Assembly: GCA_965208835.1 (NCBI GenBank)
Contig: OZ242358.1
Span: 32,001 to 96,000, forward strand
Origin: Candidatus Latescibacterota bacterium
Lineage (GTDB): Bacteria; Latescibacterota; UBA2968; GCA-2709665
DNA length: 64,000 nt
Direction of reading: 5' to 3'
Below the pieces are notes generated by a model. That model had not been told where the DNA came from. It was given only the letters and a program-made list of their open reading frames with translations, and made no database searches. Shown here piece by piece: positions 60,598-64,000 of this stretch. The translations under genes were made by a program, and so were the position numbers. How positions within the stretch are numbered: the first letter of the stretch is position 1; each line of letters opens with the position of its first letter.

Positions 60598-61824
60598 ATG
60601 GAAATGATCACGATGGACGAGGCGATTGACCTCGTCCTGCAACATACGTCGCCGATCGACGAAACAAACGCCGGCCTGATGGACGCACTGGGGTGTACTC
60701 TTGCGGCCGACGTGCGATCGGATATCGACATGCCGCCGTTCGACAAAGCGACAATGGACGGGTACGCGGTGGTCGGGGAAGACGTCGCGAACGCACAACG
60801 GCAACGTCCGGCCGTTCTCGACGTGATCGAAGAGATTCCCGCCGGGTCCGTTCCTCAAAAGAAGGTGGCACCCGGCCAGGCCGCCCGGATTATGACGGGT
60901 GCGCCGATGCCCGATGGCGCGGATACGGTCGTGATGGTGGAAGATACCGTCCCGGAGCGGGACGGGGAATGCGTGCGGGTGCTGGCGCCAACGGAGCCGG
61001 GTCGCAATGTCGCGCCGCTGGGTGAAGACGTGAGACGCAATCAGGTCGTCCTGGAAGCCGGTACGTGGATCCGCCCACCGGAAATCGGAATCCTGGCGGC
61101 GGTGGGCGTGGTGAGCGTGCCGGTGTATCGCCGTCCCGTGGTGGGTGTGGTCGCCACCGGCAGCGAAATCGTGGAGCCCGGAAGCAACCCGGGGGCGGGG
61201 CAGATCAGGAACAGCAACGGATATTCGATGATGGCGCAAGCGCTCCGGTCCGGCGCGCAGACGCGGTATCTGGGCATCGTGGAAGATGACGAGGACGCCC
61301 TGAAGGCCGTGATTTCCCGCGGCCTGGACGAATGCGACGTGGTCCTTCTTTCCGGGGGGGTTTCGGCCGGAATATACGACCTGGTGCAGGGCGCGATGCG
61401 GGATTGCGGCGTGGAGATCCACTTCGATCGAATCCGGATGAAGCCGGGCAAACCCCTTACCTTTGGTGCGCGCGGCAACAAACTCGTGTTCGGGCTGCCT
61501 GGGAATCCGGTCTCGGCGGTGGTGGGCCTGGAACTGCTGGTCCGCCCGGCCGTTCGAAAGATGCAGAGGATGTCGGAGATCCACCGGCCGATGGTACGGG
61601 GCAGGCTGGCGCAGGAGTTCCGGCAGTCGCCCGGGCGCAAGCAGTTCGTGCCGGCCCGGTCCGGGGAAGTCAACGGATGTTGGGAGAGCAACTGGGTGGG
61701 CCACCATGGATCGGCGGACCTGTTTTCGCTATCGCGGGCGAACAGCCTCTTTGTGGTTGAGGCCGAAGTGGACACGCTCGACGCCGGCGCGGAAGTGGAC
61801 ATCGTGCTGCTGGAAGAGTGGTAG
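60598..61824 (+). CDS. moeA: Molybdopterin molybdotransferase MoeA
   Basis: PPFDKATMDGYA, IMTGAPMPDGAD, SGGVSAG, KPGKP, GLPGNP. Confidence 0.96.
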   Translation: MEMITMDEAIDLVLQHTSPIDETNAGLMDALGCTLAADVRSDIDMPPFDKATMDGYAVVGEDVANAQRQRPAVLDVIEEIPAGSVPQKKVAPGQAARIMTGAPMPDGADTVVMVEDTVPERDGECVRVLAPTEPGRNVAPLGEDVRRNQVVLEAGTWIRPPEIGILAAVGVVSVPVYRRPVVGVVATGSEIVEPGSNPGAGQIRNSNGYSMMAQALRSGAQTRYLGIVEDDEDALKAVISRGLDECDVVLLSGGVSAGIYDLVQGAMRDCGVEIHFDRIRMKPGKPLTFGARGNKLVFGLPGNPVSAVVGLELLVRPAVRKMQRMSEIHRPMVRGRLAQEFRQSPGRKQFVPARSGEVNGCWESNWVGHHGSADLFSLSRANSLFVVEAEVDTLDAGAEVDIVLLEEW

Positions 61825-61898
61825 CGCGAAGACCGACCTTACTCAATAGGCGATCTGACCGAATTAACTATGGCTAAGGGATCTTTCGGACAATTGGC

Positions 61899-62369
61899 AT
61901 GGCGAGTCTGACCCACATCGCCGACGATGGGACCGTAAGGATGGTGGACGTCACCGGGAAAGCCGTGACCGACCGCGTGGCGGTTGCGGGCGGTGAAATC
62001 GTCATGGCGCCGGAGACGGCGCGCCTGGTTTCCGGTGGCGCGATGCCCAAGGGAAACGTGCTGGAAACCGCCAGGATCGCCGGGATCATGGCGGCGAAAC
62101 GGACGTGGGAACTGATACCACTCTGCCATCCGGTCGATCCCACGGGCATCGAACTCATCTTTGAGGTGGGGCAGGATCGAATCGAGGCGGAAGCCAGCGT
62201 GCGCGTGACGGGCAAGACCGGCGTGGAAATGGAAGCGCTGACGGCCGTGAGCGCGGCGCTGCTGACCGTCTACGACATGTGCAAGGCCGTGGACAAGGAC
62301 ATGGCGATCCGGAACATCCGCCTCCTGAGAAAAACCGGCGGCCGCAGCGGGGATTACGTTCGAACGTAG
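61899..62369 (+). CDS. moaC: Cyclic pyranopterin monophosphate synthase MoaC
   Basis: MVDV..K, LIPLCHP, TGVEMEAL, YDMCKAVD. Confidence 0.97.
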   Translation: MASLTHIADDGTVRMVDVTGKAVTDRVAVAGGEIVMAPETARLVSGGAMPKGNVLETARIAGIMAAKRTWELIPLCHPVDPTGIELIFEVGQDRIEAEASVRVTGKTGVEMEALTAVSAALLTVYDMCKAVDKDMAIRNIRLLRKTGGRSGDYVRT

Positions 62370-62507
62370 GCATTGACCCGGAAATTGCAACCAATCAACC
62401 GCCGAGTCGTCCCGTGTCGCCGCGTGGTCATTGAGCTTGTCGAAATGCCCGCGATACGCTATCCTTTCAATGCAATCGACAGTCCTCCGTCGCCAACCCA
62501 TCGCCTT

Positions 62508-62532
62508 GTAGGGGCGTCCCCTGTGGGCGCCC
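62508..62532 (+). repeat. GTAG-type REP upstream of the tRNA
   Basis: GTAGGGGCGTCCCCTGTGGGCGCCC, related to 48382-48406. Confidence 0.65.
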
Positions 62533-62561
62533 GCCTCTGGCGACGGTCCGGACACGACAAT

Positions 62562-62637
62562 GCGCCCATAGCTCAATAGGCAGAGCAGCTGACTCTTAAT
62601 CAGAAGGTTCGGGGTTCGATTCCCTGTGGGCGCACCA
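62562..62637 (+). tRNA. tRNA-Lys (CTT)
   Basis: 76 nt, acceptor GCGCCCA/TGGGCGC, anticodon loop CT-CTT-AA, GGTTCGATTCC T arm, encoded CCA. Confidence 0.96.
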
Positions 62638-62831
62638 ATATTCGACCGTCTCATTCGACGGTCCGACGAAGAAGACAAGACCCCGTCGGGAAAATTCCGC
62701 CGGGGTCTTGTCGAATCCGCCGGCTCGTGTTCGACCAGCGACACCACACCGCTGCCAACCGCATTCACAAGGCCCTGCGTTCCCTCGGCCGGGAACTGGT
62801 TGTGGAGTTCCGCGCGGCGTAATCGTCTCCA

Positions 62832-62874
62832 GGTCCCGTTGATGTTGAGATCGTCGACTATTACTCCCCACTAA
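62832..62874 (+). pseudogene. higB: C-terminal remnant of a HigB toxin gene
   Basis: Reads GPVDVEIVDY, then 7 extra nt, then CAC TAA, matching the typical HigB end DVEIVDYH*; in-frame stop just upstream. Confidence 0.6.
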
Positions 62875-62889
62875 CCAAGGGTGTGGATT

Positions 62890-63201
62890 ATGGTGCTTAT
62901 TCCAACCAATCGTGTCCCGACTCATCCGGGTGAGATGTTACTGGAGGAATTTCTGAATCCAATGCGTTTGACACAGCGCGAATTGGCTACCGCCATTCAT
63001 GTTCCCTATCAACGGGTCAACGAACTGGTGAATGGCAGACGCGGTATCACACCCAGCACAGCCCTGCGCCTGGGTAGATATTTCAACGTGTCAGCAGCAT
63101 TTTGGCTGAATCTCCAGCTACGCTGGGATCTGTATCACGCGACACGGTCCGAGGCAGAGAAACTGAAGGCTATTTCACCACGTGTGTTAGACCTTATGTA
63201 G
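62890..63201 (+). CDS. higA: HigA family antitoxin
   Basis: PTHPGEMLLEEFL, RVNELVNGRRGITPSTALRL, FWLNLQ. Confidence 0.93.
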   Translation: MVLIPTNRVPTHPGEMLLEEFLNPMRLTQRELATAIHVPYQRVNELVNGRRGITPSTALRLGRYFNVSAAFWLNLQLRWDLYHATRSEAEKLKAISPRVLDLM

Positions 63202-63362
63202 AACCGGCCGGATGACGACAAATGTCGGCTAATAATTCTAACTGCCGACATTTTATATCGACTTACGGCGGAGCTGCCTGGAGGCACTTCTGGTATGACA
63301 CGCGAAAGGCCGCGCGCCGTCGAACCCGGGTTGATTCGATCCGATAGCATTTCACGATGAAC

Positions 63363-63391
63363 TTGACAGGACTAGTCTGACTAGTTATATT
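63363..63391 (+). promoter_or_regulatory. Sigma70 promoter with palindromic operator of the Phd-PIN module
   Basis: TTGACA-17 nt-TATATT with ACTAGTC-T-GACTAGT in the spacer. Confidence 0.8.
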
Positions 63392-63397
63392 CGTGCT

Positions 63398-63676
63398 ATG
63401 GCACTGATCTACTCAACCTACGAAGCAAAAGCGCGGTTTTCGGAAGTCATCCGGCACGTGCGCGAAGGCAGGACCGTCACGGTTTCCTATCGAGGAGAGC
63501 CTGTGGCCGAGATCCGCGGGATCCGGCGTCACAAACAGCAGACGATCGAAGAGCGGCTGGACGATCTTCGACGGCGCGGGATCCTTGTGCGATCGGGCGT
63601 GTCAAAGCAGGCGCTCCAGCCGGTCGCACGTCGGCCGGGCGCCCTGGCGCGGTTCCTGGCTGAGCGTGACGAATGA
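63398..63676 (+). CDS. Phd/YefM family antitoxin
   Basis: STYEAKARFSEVIR.V..G..VTV..RGEPVA. Confidence 0.9.
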   Translation: MALIYSTYEAKARFSEVIRHVREGRTVTVSYRGEPVAEIRGIRRHKQQTIEERLDDLRRRGILVRSGVSKQALQPVARRPGALARFLAERDE

Positions 63677-64000
63677 GCGCTGCTTACGTCGATACCTCGG
63701 TGTTAGCTGCCATCGCCTTCGACGAACCGGGCGCCGTTTCGTTAACCGGACAACTGGCGGGGTCTGATAGCCTGTTGTCGTCCAATCTGCTCGAGGCAGA
63801 ACTCCGCGCCGTGTTCGCTCGCGAGGGTGTCGAATTTCAGAAACTCATGGTTGCCGGCATCGAGTGGGTCTTGCCTCAAAGATCGCTTGCTCCCGAGTTC
63901 TCAAGGATACTTGAGATCGGGTACCTGAGAGGCGCCGATCTATGGCACGTCGCTACCGCGCTCTACTCCGCCCCGGACCCCGGCGAACTCCTGTTCCTCA
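63673..64000 (+). CDS. vapC: PIN-domain (VapC) toxin, runs off the window end (not in ORF track)
   Basis: Hand translation MSAAYVDTSVLAAIAFDE...LLEAEL...LRGADLWHVATAL; ATGA overlap with the antitoxin stop. Confidence 0.88.
   Translation, partial: MSAAYVDTSVLAAIAFDEPGAVSLTGQLAGSDSLLSSNLLEAELRAVFAREGVEFQKLMVAGIEWVLPQRSLAPEFSRILEIGYLRGADLWHVATALYSAPDPGELLFL

Noticed and set aside
59557-61707. 716-aa SDR fusion protein
   Set aside because: The N-terminal part is antisense to moeA; the real SDR starts at 60294.
62674-62712. Intrinsic terminator after tRNA-Lys
   Set aside because: The GACAAGACCCCG/CGGGGTCTTGTC stem is strong but has no T tract on the plus strand, so it is left uncalled.

Overview
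GC-rich bacterial chromosome segment. The PorV-like, DUF5683 and DUF6785/6784 genes plus several PhyH and Gfo/Idh/MocA genes suggest a Latescibacterota/Gemmatimonadota-like lineage, possibly a sponge symbiont; this is inference only. Housekeeping genes include proS, tgt-yajC-fmt, kdgK-eda-ROK kinase, dnaK, sucC, gpmI, acnA, mdh, rplU-rpmA, rng, moeA-moaC and tRNA-Lys(CTT). Other modules are a cytochrome c maturation operon with a Cys-type CcmE (its ccmD is missing from the ORF track), a putative sulfated-glycan catabolic cluster, an AT-rich DUF2188/ClpP-like islet and toxin-antitoxin genes after the tRNA. The most striking feature is non-coding. Eight copies of a 162-210 bp rod-like MITE carry mostly 3-bp TNA-type flanks, compensatory changes in their stems and three interchangeable central loops. 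There are also four copies of a second MITE family, three copies of a third structured repeat, GTAG-type REPs and a ~500 bp hierarchical tandem array. No transposase, integrase, reverse transcriptase or cas gene is visible in the window.
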